A DNA stretch of 32,753 nt from a virus (Duplodnaviria > Caudoviricetes), in the IMG/VR virus record IMGVR_UViG_3300017565_000036, positions 1 to 32,753 of that record, one strand, 5' to 3'. Each line of letters starts with the position of its first letter. Within the stretch, counting starts at the first letter, position 1. Positions 8,939-16,139 of the stretch are shown piece by piece. Below the pieces are notes generated by a model that saw only the letters and a list, made by a program, of their open reading frames with translations, made no database searches and was not told where the DNA came from. Made by a program: the position numbers and the translations under genes.

Positions 8939-9145
8939 ATGAGCGTCACCGCTCCCACCCGCCCGATCCTGCTCAGCATCGAGCAGACCGACAAGCCGCT
9001 CCGATTCGCCGAGCGCGGCAAGGCCCACGGCGGGATCGTCTGGGTGATCCAGCCCGGCGACCCCGAAGCCCTCCAGCGGGCCATCGACATGGTGAACACC
9101 TACGGTGGACCGAACGCCTGGAGCATCACGGCGGTGGGAGCGTGA
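8939..9145 (+). CDS. Hypothetical protein
   Basis: RBS GAGGAGG. Confidence 0.8.
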   Translation: MSVTAPTRPILLSIEQTDKPLRFAERGKAHGGIVWVIQPGDPEALQRAIDMVNTYGGPNAWSITAVGA

Positions 9146-9378
9146 CCGACATCGCGAGCGGCATGATCGCCGCCTTCCGGCTCAGCCTCATCCAGCGGCA
9201 CATCTTCTGCCCCGTCAGCGGTGCCGTGCTCGACATCCGCACCGCCCGGTTCGTGCTCGACGCCGACGGCGACCCGTACCTGCCTCTCTCCCCCGAGGCC
9301 GCGGCGAAGATCGAAGCGTCCCTCGCCGCCGGTGAGCCCGCCCTCCGCGAGGGCTACACGCTGGAGGCCGCGAAGTGA
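9142..9378 (+). CDS. Hypothetical protein
   Basis: GTGA overlap; CPVSGAVLDIRTA. Confidence 0.75.
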   Translation: MTDIASGMIAAFRLSLIQRHIFCPVSGAVLDIRTARFVLDADGDPYLPLSPEAAAKIEASLAAGEPALREGYTLEAAK

Positions 9379-9692
9379 CCGGGGCGCTCGGAGCCTACGG
9401 CATCCGACAGGTGCCCTCCAGCACGCCCGGAGCGATCACCTGCGGCTCCTGCGGGCGATCCTGGACCGAGGACATCACCCCGGCGGGACGGTGCCCGTGG
9501 GAGGCCGAGCACGAGCCCGAGCGTCCGCCGGTCAACCTGGACGACTACGAGGCCCAAGTCCACGGTGAGAGCGACGACCCCTGGCTGGTCCACACCGTCT
9601 GTGGCGAGCACCTGTGCGACATCGAGCACGACGACACGCTCGCCGTGCTCGTATCCGTAGCCCGCGACCACGACGGGAAGTGCGGCGCATGA
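9375..9692 (+). CDS. Cys/His-rich hypothetical protein
   Basis: GTGA overlap; CGSCG...TPAGRCPWE.EH and HTVCGEHLC. Confidence 0.75.
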   Translation: MTGALGAYGIRQVPSSTPGAITCGSCGRSWTEDITPAGRCPWEAEHEPERPPVNLDDYEAQVHGESDDPWLVHTVCGEHLCDIEHDDTLAVLVSVARDHDGKCGA

Positions 9693-10162
9693 TCCTCACG
9701 CACTGGTCCCCCGAGCCCTTCGTCCTCGACCGCGAGCGCACCTACAGCCAGGAGGAGTTCGGCAACGGCAAGCCCCGCGGGCTCTGGCTCAGCGACGAGT
9801 CCGACCTCGGCTGGAAGGAATGGTGCGAGTCCGAGCAGTGGGGGCTCGGCAACCTCTCGCACTCGACCGAGTTCGAGCCCGTCGAGGATCACGGGCTCCT
9901 GATCATCCCGTCCGCCGCCGACCTCCGGCAGTTCACGAGCATCTACCGCGGCCACCCCGTGTTCCGCGGGGCCGGGGGCACGTCTCTCGGCTCCCACTGG
10001 ATCAACTGGGAGCGCGTTGCCGCGAAGTACACCGGCATCGTCATCACCCCGTACCAATGGTCCGCCCGGATGGACCTCGACAGCATGTGGTACTACGGCT
10101 GGGATGTCGCGAGCGCCTGCATCTGGAACCTCGACGCGATCCGTCAGGTGGTGCGGGCATGA
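9689..10162 (+). CDS. Trp-rich hypothetical protein (possible ADP-ribosyltransferase-like fold)
   Basis: ATGA overlap; LTH...KPRGLWLS...WKEWC...INWERVA..YTGI...YGWDVAS. Confidence 0.75.
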   Translation: MILTHWSPEPFVLDRERTYSQEEFGNGKPRGLWLSDESDLGWKEWCESEQWGLGNLSHSTEFEPVEDHGLLIIPSAADLRQFTSIYRGHPVFRGAGGTSLGSHWINWERVAAKYTGIVITPYQWSARMDLDSMWYYGWDVASACIWNLDAIRQVVRA

Positions 10163-10503
10163 CCGACACCGACGACCGGCCCCTGGTCCGCTCCGAGGTC
10201 ACCTACCGCCTCCGCGTCGTCCACGAGGTCACGGCGAAGGTCGAAGCCACGGTGACGATCCTCCGCTCCGACGTGGCCCGCTGGCTGGAGTGCGACGAGG
10301 CGGACCTCACTCAACGCGACCTGGAGGCGTACGTCACCGAGTTCGAGTACGACGACGGCGAGCCGCTGATCACCGAGGATCAGTTCGAGTTGCGGAGCAT
10401 CGAGGACTGGGACAGCGCCGACGTGGAAGTGCTCAGCGAGGAGCGGCAGACCATCGTGCCGCCGTCGTTCGTGCCGCTCCCCGGACTGGAGGGTCGACTG
10501 TGA
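10159..10503 (+). CDS. Acidic hypothetical protein
   Basis: ATGA overlap; D/E-rich. Confidence 0.75.
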   Translation: MTDTDDRPLVRSEVTYRLRVVHEVTAKVEATVTILRSDVARWLECDEADLTQRDLEAYVTEFEYDDGEPLITEDQFELRSIEDWDSADVEVLSEERQTIVPPSFVPLPGLEGRL

Positions 10504-10619
10504 TCGAGGTCTGGTGTGAGGGGTGTCAGTGCTGGTGGCCGATGACCTCGGTGCACGCGCTCCAGTTCCCCCGCCGGGGATCGACCCGGTACGCACGCCG
10601 CGTGCGGTGGACCCCATGA
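10500..10619 (+). CDS. 39-aa hypothetical protein (CxxC)
   Basis: GTGA and ATGA coupling on both sides, RBS GGAGG. Confidence 0.55.
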   Translation: MIEVWCEGCQCWWPMTSVHALQFPRRGSTRYARRVRWTP

Positions 10620-10753
10620 GCACGGCCAACTGCTACGGGTGCGGGAGGTTCGCCAGAGCCACGACCCGCTACCAGTACAACGGGTGGTGGAACTGCCTGT
10701 ACATCACGACTCATTGCGCCCGGTGCGGCGACATCGAGGTCTGCGAGACGTGA
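10616..10753 (+). CDS. 45-aa zinc-ribbon-like protein
   Basis: CYGC...CARC; ATGA overlap. Confidence 0.6.
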   Translation: MSTANCYGCGRFARATTRYQYNGWWNCLYITTHCARCGDIEVCET

Positions 10754-10774
10754 CCGTTCACAGCACCCACACGG

Positions 10775-10815
10775 CTAACCGTGGTTCGACCGTCTGCTAG
10801 ACTATAGGTGTAAGC
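10775..10815 (+). promoter_or_regulatory. Promoter cassette: palindrome CTAAC-CGTG-GTTCG 10775-10788 and 18-bp motif 10798-10815
   Basis: Exact TAGACTATAGGTGTAAGC upstream of RBS GAAGGG and ATG 10846. Confidence 0.85.
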
Positions 10816-10845
10816 AAAACACACCGACCAGAAGGGCAGACCGCC

Positions 10846-11412
10846 ATGAGCACCACCAAGACCGTCCAGATCAGCCAGACCAACTCCGGCGTTCTCGCCG
10901 CCGAACTCAACGCCGCCATTCACGGCGGACGCGAGGTCACCCTCAACGGCGAGACGCCCGTCGTCCCCGTCGGCGGAGAGCCCGTGCGCGCGTACATGAA
11001 CGGCACGCTCTCCTACCTCATCGCGGCGAAGGCCCCCGGCAAGACGCGCGAGCGCTTCGTCAAGATCGGGCACATGCTCGAAATCTCCAGCGAGGCCCCC
11101 GAGAGCCACGGCGAGGCCCCTCACGCGATGGTGAAGCCCTCGAAGCGCCGCACCTCGACCAAGCCCACCTTCCAGCCCAGCGAGGACGCACAGGCCACCC
11201 CCACGGCCCCGGCGAAGTCGAAGGACGGGAAGCACCCCATCGAGGCCACGTACAAGGGTGAGACGGGCTACCTCGTCGTGCGGACGGCGAACGGCCACTA
11301 CCGCTACGGCGTGACGATGGACGAGTCGAAGGCCACCCTGTTCAAGCCGGGCGGATCGTACGAGCGCCACGCCGCCCGCGCCGAGAAGGCCGGGCTCAAA
11401 GTCGCCGCCTGA
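10846..11412 (+). CDS. Hypothetical protein (monocistronic unit)
   Basis: Own promoter, RBS and downstream hairpin. Confidence 0.85.
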   Translation: MSTTKTVQISQTNSGVLAAELNAAIHGGREVTLNGETPVVPVGGEPVRAYMNGTLSYLIAAKAPGKTRERFVKIGHMLEISSEAPESHGEAPHAMVKPSKRRTSTKPTFQPSEDAQATPTAPAKSKDGKHPIEATYKGETGYLVVRTANGHYRYGVTMDESKATLFKPGGSYERHAARAEKAGLKVAA

Positions 11413-11423
11413 TCGACACGCGC

Positions 11424-11455
11424 AAGCCCCGAGAGTCCATCGACCCTCGGGGCTT
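11424..11455 (+). terminator. Stem-loop terminator
   Basis: AAGCCCCGAG / CTCGGGGCTT 10-bp stem right after stop 11412. Confidence 0.7.
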
Positions 11456-11469
11456 ACCGCTGTTAGGCT
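11453..11469 (+). promoter_or_regulatory. Palindrome CTTAC-CGCT-GTTAG overlapping -10 TAGGCT (11464-11469)
   Basis: -10 ends 6 nt before GTG 11476. Confidence 0.5.
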
Positions 11470-11475
11470 GGAGGG

Positions 11476-11646
11476 GTGAGCCAAGCCATCCCCCCCATCG
11501 CAGACAACCCGCCCGGATCGTACGCCTGGTGCGGTGACTGCGCCTGGAAAAACGACACCCCACGGTGCGAGGCCATCGGTCGCGCGCACTCCGAGACGTT
11601 CCAGCACGTCGTCCACGTGTTCGAGCCCGAACCCGAGGAGGGCTAA
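11476..11646 (+). CDS. 56-aa CxxC...H...H protein (not in ORF track)
   Basis: MSQAIPPIADNPPGSYAWCGDCAWKNDTPRCEAIGRAHSETFQHVVHVFEPEPEEG; fills the gap exactly. Confidence 0.6.
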   Translation: MSQAIPPIADNPPGSYAWCGDCAWKNDTPRCEAIGRAHSETFQHVVHVFEPEPEEG

Positions 11647-11648
11647 CT

Positions 11649-12089
11649 GTGGATAACCCTGTGAGTAAGGTCGCGGGCTGGGGACTACTCCTCCTCGCCA
11701 CCGCCCGAGCCACCCGCTTCGTCACGTCCGACTTCCTCGGCGAGTGGACAGTCGTCCGACCGGCGAAGCGCTGGGCTCACGACGCTGAGACTCCTCGCCC
11801 TCGAACCCCGGACCCGACACAGCCGCGCCCGCCCGGCATCCTCACCCGCGAGCAGGAGTGGGCACGCATCCGCGAGGAGGACGACCCGAACCCGGATAAC
11901 GGCTGGCGGTCGAAGTTGGTCAAGGGCCTCGACTGCCCGTTCTGTGTCGGGTTCTGGATCGGCGGGGTGATCCTCCTCGGCGAAGCGACCATCGGCAGGA
12001 GCCCTCTCCGGCCTCTCTGGAGGTTCGGAATCGCGATGCTGGGACTGAACTACCTCGTGGGCCACATCTCGTCCAGGATCGACGGATGA
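11649..12089 (+). CDS. DUF1360-like membrane protein
   Basis: RBS GAGGAG; ATARATRFVTSD...LDCPFCVGFW plus hydrophobic segments. Confidence 0.7.
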   Translation: MDNPVSKVAGWGLLLLATARATRFVTSDFLGEWTVVRPAKRWAHDAETPRPRTPDPTQPRPPGILTREQEWARIREEDDPNPDNGWRSKLVKGLDCPFCVGFWIGGVILLGEATIGRSPLRPLWRFGIAMLGLNYLVGHISSRIDG

Positions 12090-12280
12090 AGTTCCTGGCG
12101 GGGTGGATCGCGGGGCTGGCGACCGCATGGGCGGCTCTTGCGATCTGGAACCGCATCCCTCCGTTTCCCGACATCGAGCCCGAGCCCGCCTGGCGCTCCG
12201 GTCGCCCCGGCTTCCATGACTCGACGGCGGGAGGCTCGTGGCCCCCTCCGCCGACGACCGATCCGCATGCGTTCTACTGA
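12086..12280 (+). CDS. Small membrane-anchored protein
   Basis: ATGA overlap; N-terminal hydrophobic helix and Pro-rich tail. Confidence 0.65.
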   Translation: MKFLAGWIAGLATAWAALAIWNRIPPFPDIEPEPAWRSGRPGFHDSTAGGSWPPPPTTDPHAFY

Positions 12281-12281
12281 G

Positions 12282-12311
12282 TTGACCCCGAGCCCTAACC
12301 CCCGCTAGGAT
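12282..12311 (+). promoter_or_regulatory. Sigma70-type promoter TTGACC-N18-TAGGAT with palindrome 12295-12308
   Basis: Near-consensus hexamers in an intergenic gap. Confidence 0.6.
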
Positions 12312-12317
12312 CGACGC

Positions 12318-12500
12318 AAGGGAACAGCCCAGGCAACCGCTCCTCGGAGCAACTGACTTGTTTGATCACGTGGAATCCTGGCGAGACACGTGAAGCCGCC
12401 GGAGCGGGGTAGGCCACCTCATATGCGCACCGGAGCAGACATTAGGGAACGGCCAGCAGAGCCCCGTCGGAACCACACTCCCGACGGGGCTCTGTAGTTC
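12318..12500 (+). ncRNA. Candidate structured small RNA
   Basis: Lies between promoter and terminator, has no credible ORF, contains nested stems. Confidence 0.35.
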
Positions 12501-12501
12501 T
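12457..12501 (+). terminator. Stem-loop terminator
   Basis: Perfect 14-bp stem CAGAGCCCCGTCGG / CCGACGGGGCTCTG followed by TAGTTCT. Confidence 0.75.
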
Positions 12502-12520
12502 ATCCCCAGTAAGTGCGAGA

Positions 12521-14239
12521 ATGGCCGACATGAGCGCTCCCCGTATCTACGTCCCCATCGAGGGAGGTCCGTCGCCGTCCGACCTCCCGGACAGCGGCGC
12601 GATCATCCCCCGTCAGCCCGACCGCGTGGCCGCCCCACGCCCGAAGCCCATGCAGTCCCTCGTCGCCGCCGCGACACGACTGACCTCCGAGACGCTGGGC
12701 AGGGGCCGCGGACGCCGCGCCTCCGCCGAAGGCTGGCAGGAGGATGCGTGGGAGATGTACGACCTCGTGGGCGAACTCCGGTTCATCACGAACCTCCTCG
12801 CGAACCAGCAGTCCAAGGCCCGGTTCTACGTCGGCACCATCGCCGAGAACCCCGACGACCCGCCCGTGCCGGTCGAGGATGAAGTGCTCATCGACGCGCT
12901 GGAGTCCATCGGTGACGGCCCCTCCGGGCTCTCGCAGTTGGTCCAGCGGCTCGCGGTGAACCTCCAGATTCCCGGCGACTCGTGGCTCGTCGGCATCCCG
13001 AAGGACATGCTTCCCGACGCCGACCCGAACGTCATCGTCACGCGCTCCGCTGACGGCTCCGTGCGGCTGGACGATCTGGTCTGGTACACGATGTCGGTGA
13101 CCGAGGTGTCGTTCCCCTCCCCCGAGGAGGTCGCCATCGTCATGGGCGAGAACGCCCAGCAGGACACGATCAAGGCGTCGCCTGACGACCTGTGGCTCAT
13201 CCGCGTGTGGAAGCCGCACCCCCGCCGGTTCTGGCAGGCCGACTCCGCCACCCGCTCCGCACTCCCCGTGCTCCGCGAACTCGTCGGCCTGACCATGCAC
13301 ATCTCGGCGCAGATCGACTCCCGCCTCGCCGGTGCCGGTGTGCTCCTCGCCCCGGACTCTGCGGCACGTGCGGCGAAGCGAGCGCTCGGCCTCCCCGAGG
13401 ACGGCCCCGACGACCCGTTCACCGACGCGCTGATCAAGGCGATGATGACGCCGATCAGCGACCGGTCGAACGCCAGCGCCTACGTCCCGCTCGTGTGGAC
13501 GATCCCCGACGAGTCCGAGCCCCACTTCCGGTTCATGGACTTCTCGAAGCCGCTCGACGCTCAGGCGAAGGACATGCGCGACGAGGCGATCCGCCGGTAC
13601 GCGCTCTCCGCGGATGCCCCGCCCGACCTCCTGCTCGGCATGGGCGGGATGAACCACTGGGGCATGTGGCTCGTGCAGGAGGACACGGTGCGCGCTCACG
13701 TGGAGCCGCCCCTGGCCCTCGTCTGCGACGCGCTGACCACGCAGTACATCCGCGTGCTCATGAAGGAACTCGGCACGTACACCGACGAGGTGATCGACAA
13801 CACCGTCGTCTGGTACGAGGTCGACCACCTCATCGTCCGCCCGAACCGCGGTCAGGATGCACGCGACGCTCACGCCTCCGGTGCCATCTCCGACCAGGCG
13901 TTCCGCGACGCTCTCGGCTTCTCCGAGGACGACGCCCCGCCGATGGGCCTCGACCCCGCCGTCAGCATGGCCCTCGACATGATCCGCGAGAAGCCCGACC
14001 TCATGGTGGACCCCGGCCTCCCCGAGGTCGTGCGGCAACTCCGCGAGGTGCTGGGCGGCAACGCCACCGGCGACAACGCGGGCGTGGCGACACCGGCAGA
14101 CCCGGCATCCGATGTCGAGGTCGGCGGGTCCACCCCGACCGAATCGAAGCCCGCACCGGCACCGGCAGGGCTCTCCGGTCGCATGCGCGAGTCGATGAGC
14201 CTCAGCGAGTTCGAGTCCATCGTGGCAGGCCAGCAGTGA
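12521..14239 (+). CDS. Portal protein
   Basis: 572 aa; WQEDAWEMYDLVGELRF, RVWKPHP, SRLAGAGVL, NHWGMW as in actinophage portals; synteny. Confidence 0.9.
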   Translation: MADMSAPRIYVPIEGGPSPSDLPDSGAIIPRQPDRVAAPRPKPMQSLVAAATRLTSETLGRGRGRRASAEGWQEDAWEMYDLVGELRFITNLLANQQSKARFYVGTIAENPDDPPVPVEDEVLIDALESIGDGPSGLSQLVQRLAVNLQIPGDSWLVGIPKDMLPDADPNVIVTRSADGSVRLDDLVWYTMSVTEVSFPSPEEVAIVMGENAQQDTIKASPDDLWLIRVWKPHPRRFWQADSATRSALPVLRELVGLTMHISAQIDSRLAGAGVLLAPDSAARAAKRALGLPEDGPDDPFTDALIKAMMTPISDRSNASAYVPLVWTIPDESEPHFRFMDFSKPLDAQAKDMRDEAIRRYALSADAPPDLLLGMGGMNHWGMWLVQEDTVRAHVEPPLALVCDALTTQYIRVLMKELGTYTDEVIDNTVVWYEVDHLIVRPNRGQDARDAHASGAISDQAFRDALGFSEDDAPPMGLDPAVSMALDMIREKPDLMVDPGLPEVVRQLREVLGGNATGDNAGVATPADPASDVEVGGSTPTESKPAPAPAGLSGRMRESMSLSEFESIVAGQQ

Positions 14240-14682
14240 CCGGCATCCCGTCCCCGTGCCCGTGTTGCGGGGCCTACAGCCTGGCCCCCGACTCGGAGAC
14301 GACGATCCTCGTGGCCGTGTGCGACGTGCTCGTGGTCAAGGCGCTGGAGCGGGTTGGCGCGTTCCTGATCCGCGGCTCACGCTCCCGCTACGAGGCCGCG
14401 AAGGGCATCCCCCTCCACCTCGTGCACACGCACTGGAAAGCGCCCGACGTGCTCACCGAGCGGGCTCTCCGCGGCGCGTGGGACGTGGTGCCCGCGCTCC
14501 TCGACTCCCACGGGTGCTGTGATGTCCCCAGCGAGGGCGTCATCGGGTGCCTGGACGACTACGTGCACGACCTCGTGCTGACCGGCACGGAGCACTCCGT
14601 CCGCGGCGACGGCGGTCTGGAGTACCGGTTCATCACCCGCCTCGGCCTGGCCCTCCCCGAGCATGAGCACGTGGATGCCTAA
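14236..14682 (+). CDS. Hypothetical protein
   Basis: GTGA overlap with portal stop; LVVKALERVG...LRGAWD. Confidence 0.75.
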   Translation: MTGIPSPCPCCGAYSLAPDSETTILVAVCDVLVVKALERVGAFLIRGSRSRYEAAKGIPLHLVHTHWKAPDVLTERALRGAWDVVPALLDSHGCCDVPSEGVIGCLDDYVHDLVLTGTEHSVRGDGGLEYRFITRLGLALPEHEHVDA

Positions 14683-14764
14683 CCCCTGGTGGGGTCTGCC
14701 CCAGCCGATCCTCGACGTGATCGAGGACCGGCACCTGTTCGATGAGGAGGACTGCGATGGCTGA
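14675..14764 (+). CDS. Possible 29-aa micro-protein
   Basis: MPNPWWGLPQPILDVIEDRHLFDEEDCDG; 8-bp overlaps at both ends. Confidence 0.4.
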   Translation: MPNPWWGLPQPILDVIEDRHLFDEEDCDG

Positions 14765-15548
14765 CGACCTGAACGTCGAGTCACCCGCCGCGGCCTTCGC
14801 TCGGCAGGCCCGCATGGAAGCCAAGGTCGAGACGGCGCTCCGGTGGGCGATCCGCGAGTTCCTGGCCGACGTGGAGACGCTGGCACAGCGGGACCGCACG
14901 TACATGAGCGCGGGCTCGGTGTCGCAAGCCTGGTCCGACCGGATGAGCGCCGAAGCCCTGTCCACTCGACTCCCCGAGGACGTGGCCCGCTACGTCGCCG
15001 AGGTGCAGGCGCTCGCCGACACCCCGAACCAGGCTTACGACACGGCGATGGCGGTGCTCGGAGCGGCAAGCGAGAGGGCATGGTCGGCTGAGGTCACCAG
15101 TGATGTCCTGACGCTCGCGCTCCGGGCCGACTCCCCTCGGCTGGCCCTCACCGCCGCGGCAAGCCCCCGACGGCAGAGGGCTCGTGAAGCGTTCGACGCC
15201 GCGTTCGGCGCGACCGACGGCATGTCCTGGTACGACGTGGCGAAGCGGGACGCCCGCACGGCGGTGACCGGCCTCGACGGGATGCTCTCGACCGAGGCGA
15301 TGCGCCGACAGGGCTACGGCTACAAGCAGTGGGTGGCCCGGCAGGATGAGCGCACTCGACACACGCACGCCGCGGCGAACGGCCAGCGAGTGCCGGTCGG
15401 ACAGCCCTTCTCCGTGGGGGGTGCTTCCCTCGACCACCCTGGCGACCGGCGCGGCCCCGCGGGCGAGGTGATCAACTGCCGGTGCATCACGGTCGGCGCG
15501 AACTCCCCGGCTCAGGGCTCGACGGCGCTGGCGTTCATCTCGCCCTAA
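14757..15548 (+). CDS. MuF-like (SPP1 gp7 family) head morphogenesis protein
   Basis: KQWVARQDERTRHTH..ANGQRV...F.VGG..L.HPGD..GPAGEVINCRC. Confidence 0.88.
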   Translation: MADDLNVESPAAAFARQARMEAKVETALRWAIREFLADVETLAQRDRTYMSAGSVSQAWSDRMSAEALSTRLPEDVARYVAEVQALADTPNQAYDTAMAVLGAASERAWSAEVTSDVLTLALRADSPRLALTAAASPRRQRAREAFDAAFGATDGMSWYDVAKRDARTAVTGLDGMLSTEAMRRQGYGYKQWVARQDERTRHTHAAANGQRVPVGQPFSVGGASLDHPGDRRGPAGEVINCRCITVGANSPAQGSTALAFISP

Positions 15549-15596
15549 CTCGGATTAGACATTCCCCCTCCGGTCGGTTAGACTATAGGTATCAAC
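15545..15596 (+). promoter_or_regulatory. Promoter cassette: palindrome 15545-15558, -35 TAGACA 15556-15561, 17-nt spacer, motif TAGACTATAGGTATCAAC 15579-15596
   Basis: Same architecture as 7417 and 8864. Confidence 0.8.
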
Positions 15597-15623
15597 CAGA
15601 TAGACCAACCGAGGAGCGGAACC

Positions 15624-15764
15624 GTGGAAACGACATTCGAGAGCCTGCTCGCCCAGATGAGCGAACTGACCTGGATGCCCCTGGACGCACGCGAGCAGTT
15701 CGACGCGATGCTCCGCGAGAACTTCACCGGAATGGTCAACGACGACGAGGAGCAGGACCGATGA
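15624..15764 (+). CDS. 46-aa acidic protein (not in ORF track)
   Basis: RBS GAGGAG, GTG; METTFESLLAQMSELTWMPLDAREQFDAMLRENFTGMVNDDEEQDR; ATGA-coupled to next gene. Confidence 0.7.
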   Translation: METTFESLLAQMSELTWMPLDAREQFDAMLRENFTGMVNDDEEQDR

Positions 15765-16045
15765 GAACCGCATTCGTGAACGAGCACCAGGACAACTACT
15801 TCGACGCCGAGGAGGCCGGAGTCGCGGCCCACACCGCCCAGAGCAAGTTCCCCCGCGAGACGACCATCGGCTCGCTCGACCGCGACCACGAGCGCTTCCC
15901 CGACACCGCGTTCCCGTTCTCGGGCGACCACCTCGGAGCGTTCTCCCACCGCGAGACGACGCCCGACGGCGACCCCGGCGACGAGATTCGCCGCGAGCGC
16001 ATCCACACCTCCGACATCAGCCTGTGGGCGATGGTCGCCGCCTGA
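15761..16045 (+). CDS. Hypothetical protein
   Basis: ATGA start (MRTAFVNEHQ...); followed by terminator. Confidence 0.75.
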   Translation: MRTAFVNEHQDNYFDAEEAGVAAHTAQSKFPRETTIGSLDRDHERFPDTAFPFSGDHLGAFSHRETTPDGDPGDEIRRERIHTSDISLWAMVAA

Positions 16046-16058
16046 TCGACTGACCGAG

Positions 16059-16089
16059 AGCCCCCGCCATCCACCCGGCGGGGGCTTTT
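16059..16089 (+). terminator. Rho-independent terminator
   Basis: AGCCCCCGCC / GGCGGGGGCT stem followed by TTT. Confidence 0.85.
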
Positions 16090-16103
16090 CGCGGCACGGC
16101 ATC

Positions 16104-16133
16104 CTAGCCCCGGTTGGGATCGTTCGGTAGTCT
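16104..16133 (+). promoter_or_regulatory. Degenerate palindrome 16104-16117 and -10 TAGTCT 16128-16133; probable leaderless promoter
   Basis: -10 ends 6 nt before ATG 16140, just after a terminator. Confidence 0.5.
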
Positions 16134-16139
16134 GAGGGC

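Noticed and set aside
12423-12497. 24-codon ORF in the pre-portal gap
   Set aside because: No RBS, atypical codons, and it runs through the terminator hairpin
13192-14235. Arg/Pro-rich N-terminal extensions in the ORF track (e.g. 13192, 825, 23329, 24213, 9820)
   Set aside because: Off-frame read-through of upstream genes; the real starts are at ATGA/GTGA overlaps (14236, 975, 23872, 10159) or the frameshift junction
2510-15596. 18-bp repeats as a CRISPR array or transposon ends
   Set aside because: Copies are kilobases apart, always precede start codons, and no cas or transposase gene is present
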